32,000 nucleotides of DNA from the NCBI RefSeq assembly GCF_000014785.1, contig NC_008340.1, forward strand, positions 1,410,001 to 1,442,000. The letters run 5' to 3'. Positions 20,338 through 30,675 of the stretch are shown here, piece by piece; positions within the stretch are counted from its first letter, which is position 1, and every line of letters begins with the position of its first letter. A program made the position numbers and the translations under genes. Under the pieces are notes generated by a model. That model worked only from the letters and a program-made list of their open reading frames with translations. It ran no database searches and was not told the origin of the DNA. Source of the DNA: Alkalilimnicola ehrlichii MLHE-1 (lineage in GTDB: Bacteria > Pseudomonadota > Gammaproteobacteria > Nitrococcales > Halorhodospiraceae).

Positions 20338-21479
20338 TGCCGGCCGGCCTACCCTACTGGCGGCTATCCAGCTTCTACTTCTTCTTCTTCGCCGCCCTCG
20401 GGGCCCTGGTGCCGTACTGGGGCCCCTACCTGCGGCAGCTCGGGTTCAGTTCCGCCGAGATCGGTCAGCTACTGGCCATTCTGCACGCCACCAAGATCGT
20501 TGCCCCCAACGTTTGGGGTTGGCTGGCCGACCACCTCGGTCGGCGCATGCTGATCGTGCGGCTGGCCGCGCTGGCCGCCCTGGTGCTCTTCGCCGGGGTG
20601 CTGGTGGGCTCTGGCTTTTGGTGGATGGCGCTGGTCATGGCCGGTTTCAGCTTTTTCTGGAACGCCGCGCTGCCTCAGTTTGAGGCCAACACCTTCAATC
20701 ACCTGGGGCAGCGGCCGCAGGTCTACAGCCTGGTGCGGTTGTGGGGGTCGGTGGGCTTCATCGTTACGGTTATTGTCATCGGTCAGGCGGTGGACCGTTT
20801 TGGGTTGGATCTGCTGCCCTGGGGCATCCTGGTGCTGTTCGGCGGGCTCTGGCTGTCCGCCCTCATCGCCCCGGAAGGCCGTAATGGTCAGGGCGACGGT
20901 GCGCATGTCCCTTTTTTCAAGGTCCTGATGCAGCCCCACGTCCTCGGTTTCCTGCTGGCCTGCATGCTGCTTCAGGCCAGTCACGGGCCGTTTTACGCCT
21001 TTTTCAGCATCTATCTGGAGGATCACGGCTATTCCGGTAGCGCCATCGGGGCCCTGTGGGCCGTTGGGGTCTTGGCCGAAGTCCTGCTGTTCCTGGTCAT
21101 GCACCGGTTGTTGCCGCGCTACGGGGCGCGCTTCCTGCTCACCCTGGCGCTGGTGCTGGCGGTGGTGCGTTGGCTGGTGTTGGGGGCCTTCGTGGACAGC
21201 CTGGCGCTGGTCGCCTTCTCGCAGGTGCTGCACGCGGCCACCTTCGGCGTTTATCACGCGGTGGGGATTCATACCATCAACCGCTATTTTGTCGGTGGCA
21301 ATCAGGGGCGGGGGCAGGCCCTGTACAGCAGCCTGACCTTCGGTGCCGGGGTGGCGTTGGGCAGCCTGGTGGCGGGATGGTTGTGGGACGACTGGGGTGG
21401 CCATACCTATTACCTGGGAGCGGCGGTGGCGACCGTGGCGGCAGTGCTGGCCTGGGTCAGCCTGCGGCGGGAGGGATGA
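20337..21479 (+). CDS. MFS transporter, HcaT/MFS_1-like family
   Basis: [45 protein letters not shown], 12 TM pattern. ATG overlaps the aroC TGA by 1 nt. Confidence 0.88.
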   Translation: MPAGLPYWRLSSFYFFFFAALGALVPYWGPYLRQLGFSSAEIGQLLAILHATKIVAPNVWGWLADHLGRRMLIVRLAALAALVLFAGVLVGSGFWWMALVMAGFSFFWNAALPQFEANTFNHLGQRPQVYSLVRLWGSVGFIVTVIVIGQAVDRFGLDLLPWGILVLFGGLWLSALIAPEGRNGQGDGAHVPFFKVLMQPHVLGFLLACMLLQASHGPFYAFFSIYLEDHGYSGSAIGALWAVGVLAEVLLFLVMHRLLPRYGARFLLTLALVLAVVRWLVLGAFVDSLALVAFSQVLHAATFGVYHAVGIHTINRYFVGGNQGRGQALYSSLTFGAGVALGSLVAGWLWDDWGGHTYYLGAAVATVAAVLAWVSLRREG

Positions 21480-21504
21480 GGTCCCGCAAGGGGCCGGCGG
21501 GCCC

Positions 21505-21549
21505 TTGATATGAATCAAGAAGCCAATTTCGATATACTGTAGCGCTACA
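21505..21549 (+). promoter_or_regulatory. Candidate leuC promoter with two palindromes
   Basis: IR TTGAT-ATGA-ATCAA at 21505-21518, -10-like TATACT at 21533-21538, perfect palindrome TGTAGCGCTACA at 21538-21549. No consensus -35 at 17 nt. Confidence 0.5.
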
Positions 21550-21569
21550 CCGGGCGCCGGCCGCCCGGT
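21549..21569 (+). promoter_or_regulatory. 8-bp leader hairpin upstream of leuC
   Basis: ACCGGGCG-CCGGC-CGCCCGGT. Confidence 0.5.
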
Positions 21570-21599
21570 CTGTTTGGCAAGACACTGATGGTGATCGCT

Positions 21600-23009
21600 A
21601 TGTCTGGCAAGACCCTTTACGACAAGCTCTGGGATGCGCATGTGGTCCGCGAGAACCCCGACGGTTCCGCGCTGCTGTATGTGGATCGCCAGCTGTTGCA
21701 CGAAGTGACCTCGCCGCAGGCCTTCGAGGGGTTGCGCCTGGCCGGCCGCCGCCCCTGGCGCGTGGAGGCCAACCTGGCGGTCACCGACCACAACGTGCCG
21801 ACCACCAACCGCGCCCAGGGGATCGCCGATCCGGTCTCGCGGGTGCAGGTGCAGACCCTAGACAGGAACTGCGAGGAGTTCGGGATCACCGAGTACGGCA
21901 TGCTCGATCGCCGCCAGGGCATTGTCCACGTCGTGGGGCCGGAGCAGGGGGCCACCCAGCCCGGCATGACAGTGGTCTGCGGCGACTCCCACACCTCCAC
22001 CCACGGTGCCCTGGGCGCGCTGGCATTCGGTATCGGCACCTCCGAAGTGGAACATGCGTTGGCCACCCAGACGGTGGTGCAGAAGAAGGCCAAACGCATG
22101 CTGGTGCGGGTGGATGGCCAGTTGGGTCGCGGCGTCACCGCCAAGGACGTGGTGCTGGCCATTATCGGCCGGATCGGCACCGCAGGGGGGACCGGCTATG
22201 CCATCGAGTTCGGCGGCGAGGCTATCCGCTCGCTCTCGGTCGAGGGCCGCATGACCGTCTGCAATATGTCCATCGAGGCGGGCGCCCGCTGCGGCATGGT
22301 GGCGGTGGACGACATGACCATCGACTACGTGCGCGGCCGCCCGTTTGCGCCGAAGGGCGAGCACTGGGACCAGGCCGTCGCCTACTGGAAGACCCTGCAC
22401 AGTGACCCGGATGCCGAGTTCGATCAGGTGGTGGTGCTGGACGCCGCTGAGATCGAGCCGCAGGTCACCTGGGGGACCTCCCCGGAGATGGTGGTGCCGG
22501 TGGGCGGCTGCGTGCCTAACCCGTTCGAGGAGCAGGACGAGGTCAAGCGCAGCAGCATGGGGCGTGCCCTGGACTACATGGGCCTGCAGCCCGGCACGCC
22601 CATCAAGGAGATCCGGCTGGACCGCGTCTTTATCGGCTCCTGCACCAACTCGCGCATCGAGGACCTGCGCGCCGCCGCCGAAGTGGTCCGCGGTCACAAG
22701 GTGGCGGACAGCCTCACCCAGGCGCTGGTGGTGCCGGGTTCCGGGGTGGTCAAGGAGCAGGCCGAAAAGGAGGGCCTGGACCGGGTCTTCATCGAGGCCG
22801 GTTTCGAGTGGCGGGAGCCGGGCTGCTCCATGTGCCTGGCCATGAACGCCGATCGCCTGCAATCGGGCGAGCGCTGTGCCTCCACCTCGAACCGTAATTT
22901 CGAGGGCCGCCAGGGGCAGGGCGGGCGTACCCACCTGGTGAACCCGGCGATGGCCGCCGCCGCCGCCATCGCCGGCCATTTCGTGGATGTGCGCCACTGG
23001 CCCGAGTAG
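21600..23009 (+). CDS. leuC: 3-isopropylmalate dehydratase large subunit
   Basis: [74 protein letters not shown]-type Fe-S motif ([13 protein letters not shown]). An alternative ATG lies at 21588. Confidence 0.98.
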
Positions 23010-23086
23010 CGGTGAGGCGAGAGTGACGCCGCGGGCGGCGAGACCGCCTGGAACCCAGCCGATACAGACGAGGATTGAGCGCTTCT

Positions 23087-23743
23087 ATGGAGCCATTCAT
23101 CAAGCATAAGGGGTTGGTGGCACCGCTGGACCGTGCCAACGTCGATACCGACGCGATCATACCCAAGCAGTTTCTCAAGTCGATCCGGCGTACCGGGTTT
23201 GGCCCCTTCCTGTTCGATGAGTGGCGCTATCTGGATGAAGGCCAACCCGACATGGATTGCAGCCAACGGCCGGTGAACCCCGACTTCGTGCTCAACCAGG
23301 CGCGTTATCAGGGGGCGAGCATCCTGCTCACCCGGCGCAACTTCGGCTGTGGCTCGTCCCGCGAACACGCCCCCTGGGCGTTGAAGGACTTCGGCTTTCG
23401 GGCGATCATCGCGCCGAGTTTCGCCGATATCTTCTACAACAACTGCTTCAAGAATGGCCTGCTGCCACTGGTGCTGACCGAGGCGCAGGTGGACCGGCTG
23501 TTCAAGGAAGTGGAGGCCGCGCCCGGTTACGAGCTGGAGATCGACCTGCCGGAGCAGCAGGTGCGCACGCCGGCCGGGGAGGCCTTCGAGTTTGAGATCG
23601 ACGGCTTTCGCAAGCACGCGCTGCTCGAAGGGTTGGACGAGATCGGCCTGACCCTGCAGCACGCCGAAGATATCCGTGCCTACGAGGCCCGTCGCCGCGA
23701 GCAGGCGCCGTGGCTGTTCACCGACCTGGAGGAGGGGCGCTGA
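23087..23743 (+). CDS. leuD: 3-isopropylmalate dehydratase small subunit
   Basis: [59 protein letters not shown]. Confidence 0.98.
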   Translation: MEPFIKHKGLVAPLDRANVDTDAIIPKQFLKSIRRTGFGPFLFDEWRYLDEGQPDMDCSQRPVNPDFVLNQARYQGASILLTRRNFGCGSSREHAPWALKDFGFRAIIAPSFADIFYNNCFKNGLLPLVLTEAQVDRLFKEVEAAPGYELEIDLPEQQVRTPAGEAFEFEIDGFRKHALLEGLDEIGLTLQHAEDIRAYEARRREQAPWLFTDLEEGR

Positions 23744-23776
23744 GGCGGCCCTTCCGCAACCCGCAAAGGATCCTGC

Positions 23777-24862
23777 ATGACTGCCAACATCCTGATCACC
23801 CCGGGCGACGGTATCGGTCCGGAGATCGTGGCCGAGGCGCGCAAGCTGCTGGAGGCCCTGCGTGACGACTTCGGCTTCGACTGCACTTTGGAAGAGGCCC
23901 CCATCGGCGGCGCTGGCTACGAGGCGCATGGCAAGCCGCTGCCGGAAGAGACCCTGGCTCTCGCCCGGGAGGCCGATGCCATCCTATTGGGTGCCGTGGG
24001 TGGGCCGCGCTGGGAACAGCTGGATCGCCCCCTGCGTCCCGAACGCGGCCTCCTGGCCATCCGTGCGGAGTTGGGCCTGTTCGGCAACCTGCGTCCAGCC
24101 ATCCTCTATCCGCAACTGGCCGAGGCCTCCAGCCTGCGCCATGAGATCGTCGCCGGCCTGGACATCATGATCGTCCGGGAGCTGACCGGCGGCATCTACT
24201 TCGGTGAGCCCCGGGGCATCCGCAGGCTGGAGAACGGCGAACGCCAGGGTTACAACACCATGGTCTACAGCGAGTCGGAGATCGACCGCGTGGGCCGGCT
24301 GGCCTTTGACATCGCGAGCAAGCGCGGCAGCCGAGTCTGCTCCGTGGACAAGGCCAACGTGCTGGAGGTCTCCGAACTCTGGCGTGAGGTGATGGAACGC
24401 GTGGCCCGGGATTACCCCGGTGTCGAGCTGAGCCACATGTACGTGGACAACGCCGCCATGCAGTTGGTGCGTGCGCCCAAACAGTTCGACGTGGTGGTCA
24501 CCAGCAATCTGTTCGGTGACGTGCTCTCGGACTGTGCCGCCATGCTCACCGGCTCCATTGGCATGCTGCCCTCCGCCTCGCTGGATGTGAACAGCAAGGG
24601 GCTGTATGAGCCGGTGCACGGTTCCGCGCCGGACATCGCCGGCAAGGGGCTGGCCAATCCGCTGGCCACCCTTCTGTCAGTGGCCATGATGCTGCGCTAC
24701 AGTCTGGATCAGGGCGCCCTCGCCGACCGGGTGCAGCAGGCGGTGGGTGATGTGCTCAACCAGGGGCTGCGCACGCCGGATATCGCCGCCCGCCAGTCGC
24801 GCACCGTCAGCACCGCCGAGATGGGTGACGCGGTGGTGGCCGCGCTGCGTGCCCGGGGCTGA
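23777..24862 (+). CDS. leuB: 3-isopropylmalate dehydrogenase
   Basis: [57 protein letters not shown]. Confidence 0.98.
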   Translation: MTANILITPGDGIGPEIVAEARKLLEALRDDFGFDCTLEEAPIGGAGYEAHGKPLPEETLALAREADAILLGAVGGPRWEQLDRPLRPERGLLAIRAELGLFGNLRPAILYPQLAEASSLRHEIVAGLDIMIVRELTGGIYFGEPRGIRRLENGERQGYNTMVYSESEIDRVGRLAFDIASKRGSRVCSVDKANVLEVSELWREVMERVARDYPGVELSHMYVDNAAMQLVRAPKQFDVVVTSNLFGDVLSDCAAMLTGSIGMLPSASLDVNSKGLYEPVHGSAPDIAGKGLANPLATLLSVAMMLRYSLDQGALADRVQQAVGDVLNQGLRTPDIAARQSRTVSTAEMGDAVVAALRARG

Positions 24863-24915
24863 AGTTCACCAAACACTGAGCCATCCATATCTGCAAGCGA
24901 AAAGGGGATAACCCA

Positions 24916-25938
24916 ATGAGCAAGACCTACGATGTCGCTGTAGTCGGCGCCACCGGTGCAGTCGGCGAGACCATGCTGTCTATTCTGGCCGAGCGCGACT
25001 TCCCCGTAGGCAACATCTACCCGCTGGCCAGCAGCCGCTCCGCGGGCAAGACCATTGAGTTCAAGGGCCAGCAGGTCGAGATCCAGGACCTGGCCACGTT
25101 CGACTTCTCCAAGGTCCAGATCGGTCTGTTCTCCGCCGGCGGCTCCATCTCCGCCGAGTACGCGCCCAAGGCCGCGGAGGCCGGCTGCGTGGTCATCGAT
25201 AACACCTCGCACTTCCGCTACGACGAGGACATCCCGCTGGTCGTGCCGGAGGTCAACCCGCAGGCCGTGGCCGGCTACACCCGGCGCAACATTATCGCCA
25301 ACCCGAACTGCTCCACTATCCAGATGCTGGTGGCGCTGAAGCCGCTGCACGAGGCCGCCACCATCGAGCGCATCAATGTGGCGACCTACCAGGCGGTGTC
25401 CGGCTCGGGCAAGGAGGCCATCGACGAACTGGCGACGCAGACGGCCAACCTGCTGAACGGCAAGCCGGTGGAGTGCGAGGCCTATCCCAAGCAGATCGCC
25501 TTCAACTGCCTGCCGCATATCGACGTCTTCCTGGATAACGGGTACACCAAGGAAGAGATGAAGATGGTCTGGGAGACCCAGAAGATCTTCGGCGATGACA
25601 GTATCCTGGTGAACCCCACCGCCGTGCGCGTGCCGGTCTTCTTCGGCCACTCCGAGGCCGTGCACATCGAGACCCGGGAGAAGCTCACCGAAGCCAAGGC
25701 CCGCGAGCTGCTCAGCCAGTTCGAGGGCATCGAGGTGCTGGACGACCGCGAGCCGGGCGGTTACCCCACCGCCGTCACCGAGGCGGCCACGCACGACCCG
25801 GTCTATGTCGGCCGCATCCGTGAGGACATCTCCCATCCCCGGGGGCTGAACCTCTGGGTGGTGGCGGACAATGTGCGCAAGGGTGCCGCCCTGAACAGCG
25901 TACAGATTGCTGAGCTGCTGATTCGCGAGTACATTTAA
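24916..25938 (+). CDS. asd: Aspartate-semialdehyde dehydrogenase
   Basis: YDVAVVGATGAVGETMLSILAERDFP, NPNCSTIQMLVALKPLHEA, VSGSGKEAIDEL. Confidence 0.97.
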   Translation: MSKTYDVAVVGATGAVGETMLSILAERDFPVGNIYPLASSRSAGKTIEFKGQQVEIQDLATFDFSKVQIGLFSAGGSISAEYAPKAAEAGCVVIDNTSHFRYDEDIPLVVPEVNPQAVAGYTRRNIIANPNCSTIQMLVALKPLHEAATIERINVATYQAVSGSGKEAIDELATQTANLLNGKPVECEAYPKQIAFNCLPHIDVFLDNGYTKEEMKMVWETQKIFGDDSILVNPTAVRVPVFFGHSEAVHIETREKLTEAKARELLSQFEGIEVLDDREPGGYPTAVTEAATHDPVYVGRIREDISHPRGLNLWVVADNVRKGAALNSVQIAELLIREYI

Positions 25939-25947
25939 TGGCCGGGG

Positions 25948-25973
25948 CCCGCGTCCGCCGGGGCGGGCGCGGG
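25948..25973 (+). terminator. 11-bp GC-rich hairpin after asd, terminator-like without U-tract
   Basis: CCCGCGTCCGC-CGGG-GCGGGCGCGGG, with one U.G pair, 10 nt after the asd stop. Confidence 0.45.
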
Positions 25974-26028
25974 CCATCCTAGCCGCAGCGGCGCCGGCCG
26001 CCGCGCACGCCGCCACTCAAGGATCGGG

Positions 26029-28449
26029 ATGTCTTTTAAACGGGTCTTCATCTCCGCCGTTGCCGGGTTGACGTTTTCCTCCACCGTCCTGGCCCTGGGC
26101 CTGGGCACCATCGAGCGTGACTCCTGGCTCAATCAGCCGCTCTCCGCGCGGATTCCGCTGCACTCGGCGGACACCGTTAGCCTGGAGGCGTTGCAGGTCA
26201 CCATGGCCTCGCAGGAGACCTTCGAGCGCGCCGGGCTCGACCGGCCTCCCTACCTGCGCGATATCCGCTTTGAGGTGATCGAGGACCACACCGAGGGGCC
26301 CCATATCCGGGTCTATACCCGGGATCCGTTCCGCGAGCCTTTCGTTGATTTCCTCGTGGAGTTGAACTGGCCGCAGGGCCGTTTGGTGCGGGAATACACC
26401 CTGTTGCTGGACCCGCCCCGCGACCCCGCGGAGCGGCCGGTGGCGGCCACGCCGCCGCGGACCGAACCGGCGGAGGTCGAGGAACAGCCACTGGAAACGG
26501 CGTCCCCCACGGTTCGGGACGGCCACTACGGGCCGGTGGCCGGCGGTGAGACCCTGTGGTCGGTGGCCGACCGGGTGCGCCATCAGGGGGTCAGTGCCCA
26601 GCAGATGGCCCTGGCCCTGTTCGAGGCCAACCCGAGGGCCTTTGTCGCCAACGATATCAACCGGCTACAGGCCGGCGCCACGCTGACTGTGCCCGATGCC
26701 GAGGGGGCCCGGGCCTATTCCCGCAACGAGGCCGTGCGCCGCTTCAATGCGCTGGCCGAAGGCGTGGCGGAGGAGCCGGCGGAGGAGCCGCCCGTAGCGG
26801 AGGCGCCGGATCCGGAGACGGTGGACCGGCAATTGCAGATCCTCGCCGAGTCGGAACGCGACGAAGAGGCCCTGGCGAGCCTTCTCGATGGTGATGTGGA
26901 ACCCAGCGAGGAGAATCTGGGCGCGCTGCGCGAGGAGCTGCTGCGTGCCCGCGAGGACCAGGCCAGCCTGCGTTCGGAGAACGAAGCCCTGCGCGAGCGG
27001 GTGTCGGAGATGGCGCAGGAGATCGAGCGACTGGAGCGGCTGCTCACCCTGGACGTGGAGACCGGGGTGCTGCCGATGGTGCCGAGCGAGCAGCCTGAAG
27101 GGGCCGTGGCCGAGCCTCCACCGGAGCGCCCGGCGGTGGTGGATGAGCCCGAAGTCGAGCCGGAGATCACTGAGGAAACGCCGGCGGAGGACGATGAGGC
27201 GCCGGTGACGGCGCCCCCGCCGGCCCCCTCTTCACCGCAACCGCTCGCCTGGCTCGACGGGCTCAGCCTGCCTGTGGCGCTGGCGGGCGTCGGCATCCTG
27301 ATCGGGCTCCTGGCCCTGCTGCTCATACGGCGCCGGCGGACGGAGACCGGCGTGGCCGCGGAGGAGGTGCCCATTCAACAGCCGCCGGCGCGAGAAGGCG
27401 TGGCGGCCGGGACGGCGGCCGCGGCGAGCGCGGTGGCCGACGGGGACGAACCGGAGCCTGAACCTGCGCCTGAGCCCCGCTCCGAGCCCCAGGATCCCCT
27501 GCAGGTGGCCGATGAGTTGGCAGACCGGGGCGATCTGGAGGGTGCCCGCGCCACCCTGCTGACGGCGCTCAACAATGTGCCGGCCCGCAACGAGTACCGG
27601 GTGCGCCTATTGGAGATCCTGGCTGAAGCGGATGACCGCGAAGGCTTTGATCGGCAGGCGCAGGTATTGCGTGAACGGGTCGAGGGCGAGGACGATCCCC
27701 TCTGGCGCCAGGCGGAGCGCGTTGGCCGGGGCTATGCCCCTGACAATCCGCTGTTTGGTGGCGCTGACCCGGATGGCGCCGATGATGGAGGGGCGGAAGC
27801 CACCGGCGGTGCGCTGCCCACGCTCGACGAATCAGCGCCGGGGGGCGCCGATTTGGCGGAACCAGCGGAGGAACCTGCCCGGGAGGGTGAGGCCTTCGAT
27901 TTCACTCTCGACTTCCCGGAGCCCGATGAGCCGGGCCGGGAGACGGATCAGGTAGCCCGACAGGGGGCGTCACGGGAAACGGCGGCGCCGGAGACCCCTG
28001 CGACACCCGCCGGTGAGGAAGGCGCTGCCGGTGGGGAAGGGGGTGATTTCACCCTCGACTTCGAAGTGGACGATAGCTGGCGGGAAGCGGCCGACTCGCG
28101 CCCGGCTGCGGATGCTGGCGAATCCCCGGGGGACGAGGCCTTCGACCTGGACCTGGGCGACCTGACCTTGGACGAGAGCGGGGCCGGGGATGCGACCGGG
28201 GAGGAACGTGGTGGCGGCGAACCGTCACCAGGGGAGGCACCGGACGCCGATCAGCCGCCGGCACCTCCCGCGGAGGCGCCGATGGAGGACGCCGGTGGGG
28301 ACGAGGAGATCGCCACCAAGCTGGACCTCGCCCGGGCCTACGTGGATCTGGGTGATCCGGACGGTGCCCGAGAGTTGCTCAACGAGGTCCTGGAGGTCGG
28401 CACCCCGGCCCAGCAGGAGGAGGCGCGGAAGCTCCTGGGCGACCTCTGA
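26029..28449 (+). CDS. fimV: FimV/HubP family polar protein, acidic
   Basis: 806 aa. Signal/TM start, FimV N-terminal domain (GLGTIERDSWLNQPLSARIPLHS), LysM-like GETLWSVADRVR, coiled coil, central TM, acidic repeat-rich region, FimV C-terminal TPR-like end (ATKLDLARAYVDLGDPDGARELLNEVL). Confidence 0.92.
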   Translation: MSFKRVFISAVAGLTFSSTVLALGLGTIERDSWLNQPLSARIPLHSADTVSLEALQVTMASQETFERAGLDRPPYLRDIRFEVIEDHTEGPHIRVYTRDPFREPFVDFLVELNWPQGRLVREYTLLLDPPRDPAERPVAATPPRTEPAEVEEQPLETASPTVRDGHYGPVAGGETLWSVADRVRHQGVSAQQMALALFEANPRAFVANDINRLQAGATLTVPDAEGARAYSRNEAVRRFNALAEGVAEEPAEEPPVAEAPDPETVDRQLQILAESERDEEALASLLDGDVEPSEENLGALREELLRAREDQASLRSENEALRERVSEMAQEIERLERLLTLDVETGVLPMVPSEQPEGAVAEPPPERPAVVDEPEVEPEITEETPAEDDEAPVTAPPPAPSSPQPLAWLDGLSLPVALAGVGILIGLLALLLIRRRRTETGVAAEEVPIQQPPAREGVAAGTAAAASAVADGDEPEPEPAPEPRSEPQDPLQVADELADRGDLEGARATLLTALNNVPARNEYRVRLLEILAEADDREGFDRQAQVLRERVEGEDDPLWRQAERVGRGYAPDNPLFGGADPDGADDGGAEATGGALPTLDESAPGGADLAEPAEEPAREGEAFDFTLDFPEPDEPGRETDQVARQGASRETAAPETPATPAGEEGAAGGEGGDFTLDFEVDDSWREAADSRPAADAGESPGDEAFDLDLGDLTLDESGAGDATGEERGGGEPSPGEAPDADQPPAPPAEAPMEDAGGDEEIATKLDLARAYVDLGDPDGARELLNEVLEVGTPAQQEEARKLLGDL

Positions 28450-28479
28450 TATGCCACCTGTTGCGGGGAGTGAGGGCTA

Positions 28480-29151
28480 GTGCACCCAGCGGTGCGCGTG
28501 GTGCTGGTATTGGCCCTGGCCCTGGTCCTGGCGCGGGCCTCGGTGGCCCAGGCCCTGGTGGCAGGGCTGCTGGTGCTGGCACTGTTGCCCTGGGGCAACC
28601 CCCGGGGCTGGCGGCGGCTGGCCATCGGGCTCTGGCGGTTGAAGTTCCTGTTCCTGTCCATCGCGGTGCTCTATCTGCTGCTGACCCCCGGCACCCCCAT
28701 CTGGCCGGCGTTACATGCGGGGGCCACGCCCAGTCGCGAGGGGTTGGCTGAGGGGCTGTTGCGGGTGGCGGCCCTGGCGGCCCTGTTGGCTGCCGTGCAC
28801 TGGCTGATGCGCACGCTCACCCGGGCCGAGCTGGTGGCCGGGCTGTCCTGGACCCTGCAGCCGCTGCGCTGGCTGGGGGCGGATGTGGATCGCCTGGCGA
28901 TCCGCCTGGTCCTGACCCTGGAGATCGTGCCCCGGTTGCGGGTGATGGTGGCGGCGACCCGCCGCGACTGGCGTGACGGCCACCCCTGGCGCCAGCCGGC
29001 GCGGTTCGCGGCGCAGGTGTTCGCCAGAGCCCTGGAGCACGCCGAACGCCGGCCGCCGCCGACCGTGACGGTGCCCCAGGGCGACCCGCCGCCGCTGAAC
29101 CAGATCCTACCCCTGGCCGCCGCCGCAGGGGCGGTGTTTTGGTGGCTGTGA
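28480..29151 (+). CDS. EcfT/CbiQ-like membrane protein
   Basis: 223 aa hydrophobic protein with multiple TM segments and a cytoplasmic basic region (RLVLTLEIVPRLRVMVAATRRDWRDG). GTG start at 28480. The family call is tentative. Confidence 0.6.
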   Translation: MHPAVRVVLVLALALVLARASVAQALVAGLLVLALLPWGNPRGWRRLAIGLWRLKFLFLSIAVLYLLLTPGTPIWPALHAGATPSREGLAEGLLRVAALAALLAAVHWLMRTLTRAELVAGLSWTLQPLRWLGADVDRLAIRLVLTLEIVPRLRVMVAATRRDWRDGHPWRQPARFAAQVFARALEHAERRPPPTVTVPQGDPPPLNQILPLAAAAGAVFWWL

Positions 29152-29176
29152 CCGTTAATCTGACCCAAACCTGCTC

Positions 29177-29962
29177 ATGAGTTATCGATTTGCCTTAGGC
29201 CTGGAATACGACGGCAGCGGCTTTTGCGGCTGGCAGCGCCAGGACCACGCGCCTTCGGTCCAGGCGGCGCTGGAGGCAGCGCTGTCGCGGGTCGCCGACG
29301 AGCCGGTGACTGTCACCTGCGCTGGACGCACGGACACCGGCGTGCACGCCACCGGCCAGGTGGTGCACTTCGAGACCGGTGCCTACCGGCCGGAACACGC
29401 CTGGGTGTTGGGGGCCAACGCCAACCTGCCCGACACGGTCTCGGTGCATTGGGTGCAACCGGTGAGCGAGGCCTTCCACGCCCGCTTCGGTGCGCTCCGC
29501 CGGAGCTATCGCTATGTCTGGTACTGCAGCCGCTCCCGGCCGGCCCTGTTGCGGGGGCGTGTGGCCTGGTCGAAGTACGCGCTGGATCCGGAACCCATGG
29601 CGATGGCGGCGGGGCACCTGTTGGGCCGGCACGATTTCTCCGCCTTCCGGGCCGTGGCCTGTCAGGCCAAACACCCGGTGCGCGAGCTCTATCGCCTCGA
29701 TGTGTGGGCCCGGGGTGGGTTTGTCTACCTGGATGTGTGCGCCAACGCCTTCCTCCATCACATGGTCCGAAACCTCGCCGGTACCCTGGCCCTGATCGGC
29801 CGGGGGGAACGGCCTGCGACTTGGGCCGCGGACCTGCTGGCCGGGGGCGACCGGACCCGGGCCGGGGCCACCGCGCCGGCCGAGGGCCTATACCTCGTTG
29901 GCGTGGACTATCCGGAGGCGTTCTCGCTGCCGCCACACGGCTGGTGGCCGCGCTTTGCCTGA
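29177..29962 (+). CDS. truA: tRNA pseudouridine(38-40) synthase
   Basis: MSYRFALGLEYDGSGFCGWQRQ, TCAGRTDTGVHATGQVVHF, NAFLHHMVRNLAGTL. Confidence 0.98.
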   Translation: MSYRFALGLEYDGSGFCGWQRQDHAPSVQAALEAALSRVADEPVTVTCAGRTDTGVHATGQVVHFETGAYRPEHAWVLGANANLPDTVSVHWVQPVSEAFHARFGALRRSYRYVWYCSRSRPALLRGRVAWSKYALDPEPMAMAAGHLLGRHDFSAFRAVACQAKHPVRELYRLDVWARGGFVYLDVCANAFLHHMVRNLAGTLALIGRGERPATWAADLLAGGDRTRAGATAPAEGLYLVGVDYPEAFSLPPHGWWPRFA

Positions 29963-30030
29963 GCGGCCCCCCGCGGGTTAGCATGAGCGGCTCTATTGCA
30001 TCCCTGTCCAGATCCGGAACCACCTTTATT

Positions 30031-30675
30031 GTGAGCGCCAACAGTTTTCGAACCCGAGTCAAGATCTGCGGAATCACCCGGCCCGAGGACGGACGCAAGG
30101 CGGCGCAGTTGGGCGCCGATGCGGTCGGTCTGGTCTTCCACGAGCGCAGTTGCCGGGCGGTCGACCGCGCCACGGCACAGGCGGTGATCGATGCCCTGCC
30201 GCCGTTCGTGACCGTGGTGGCCCTGTTTCAGGACCCGCAGGCCGCCTTCGTGCGCCAAGTGTTGCGGGAGTTGCGCATCGACCTGCTGCAATTCCACGGC
30301 GACGAGGCCCCGGAGTTCTGTGAGGGGTTTCACCGGCGGTACATCAAGGCCATCCCCATGGGGGAGCCGGGCGACCCCAAGGCCTGGGTGGCGCGCTACC
30401 CCTCTGCCGTCGGGTTCCTGCTCGACAGCCACAGTCGCGGCGCCAGCGGCGGCAGTGGTGAGATCTTTGACTGGGCGCGGGTGCCCCATGACGCCGGGGT
30501 CCCCCTGATCCTGGCCGGCGGGCTCTCCCCGGAGAACGTGGGCGGCGCGGTCCGGCAGGCGCGGCCCTTTGCGGTGGACGTGAGCACGGGCGTGGAGTCC
30601 GCGCCCGGGGTCAAGGACCCGGAGCTCATGGCCGCCTTCATCAGTGAGGTCAGCAATGTCCACCAAGGTGACTGA
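30031..30675 (+). CDS. trpF: Phosphoribosylanthranilate isomerase
   Basis: [63 protein letters not shown]. Start ambiguous: GTG at 30031 or ATG at 29983. Confidence 0.95.
   Translation: MSANSFRTRVKICGITRPEDGRKAAQLGADAVGLVFHERSCRAVDRATAQAVIDALPPFVTVVALFQDPQAAFVRQVLRELRIDLLQFHGDEAPEFCEGFHRRYIKAIPMGEPGDPKAWVARYPSAVGFLLDSHSRGASGGSGEIFDWARVPHDAGVPLILAGGLSPENVGGAVRQARPFAVDVSTGVESAPGVKDPELMAAFISEVSNVHQGD

Noticed and set aside
24709-26016. 435-aa minus-strand ORF opposite leuB/asd
   Set aside because: Antisense to two well-supported metabolic genes with compositionally biased translation.
26700-28200. Repetitive acidic stretches that might suggest a novel repeat protein
   Set aside because: Expected for the variable acidic central region of FimV/HubP proteins. 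The conserved N- and C-terminal FimV regions flank it.
29224-29982. Apparent 250-aa N-terminal extension of trpF overlapping truA
   Set aside because: Frame is merely open through truA. The translation (RLAAPGPRAFGPGGAGG...) is low-complexity, and real TrpF homology starts at RVKICGITR.
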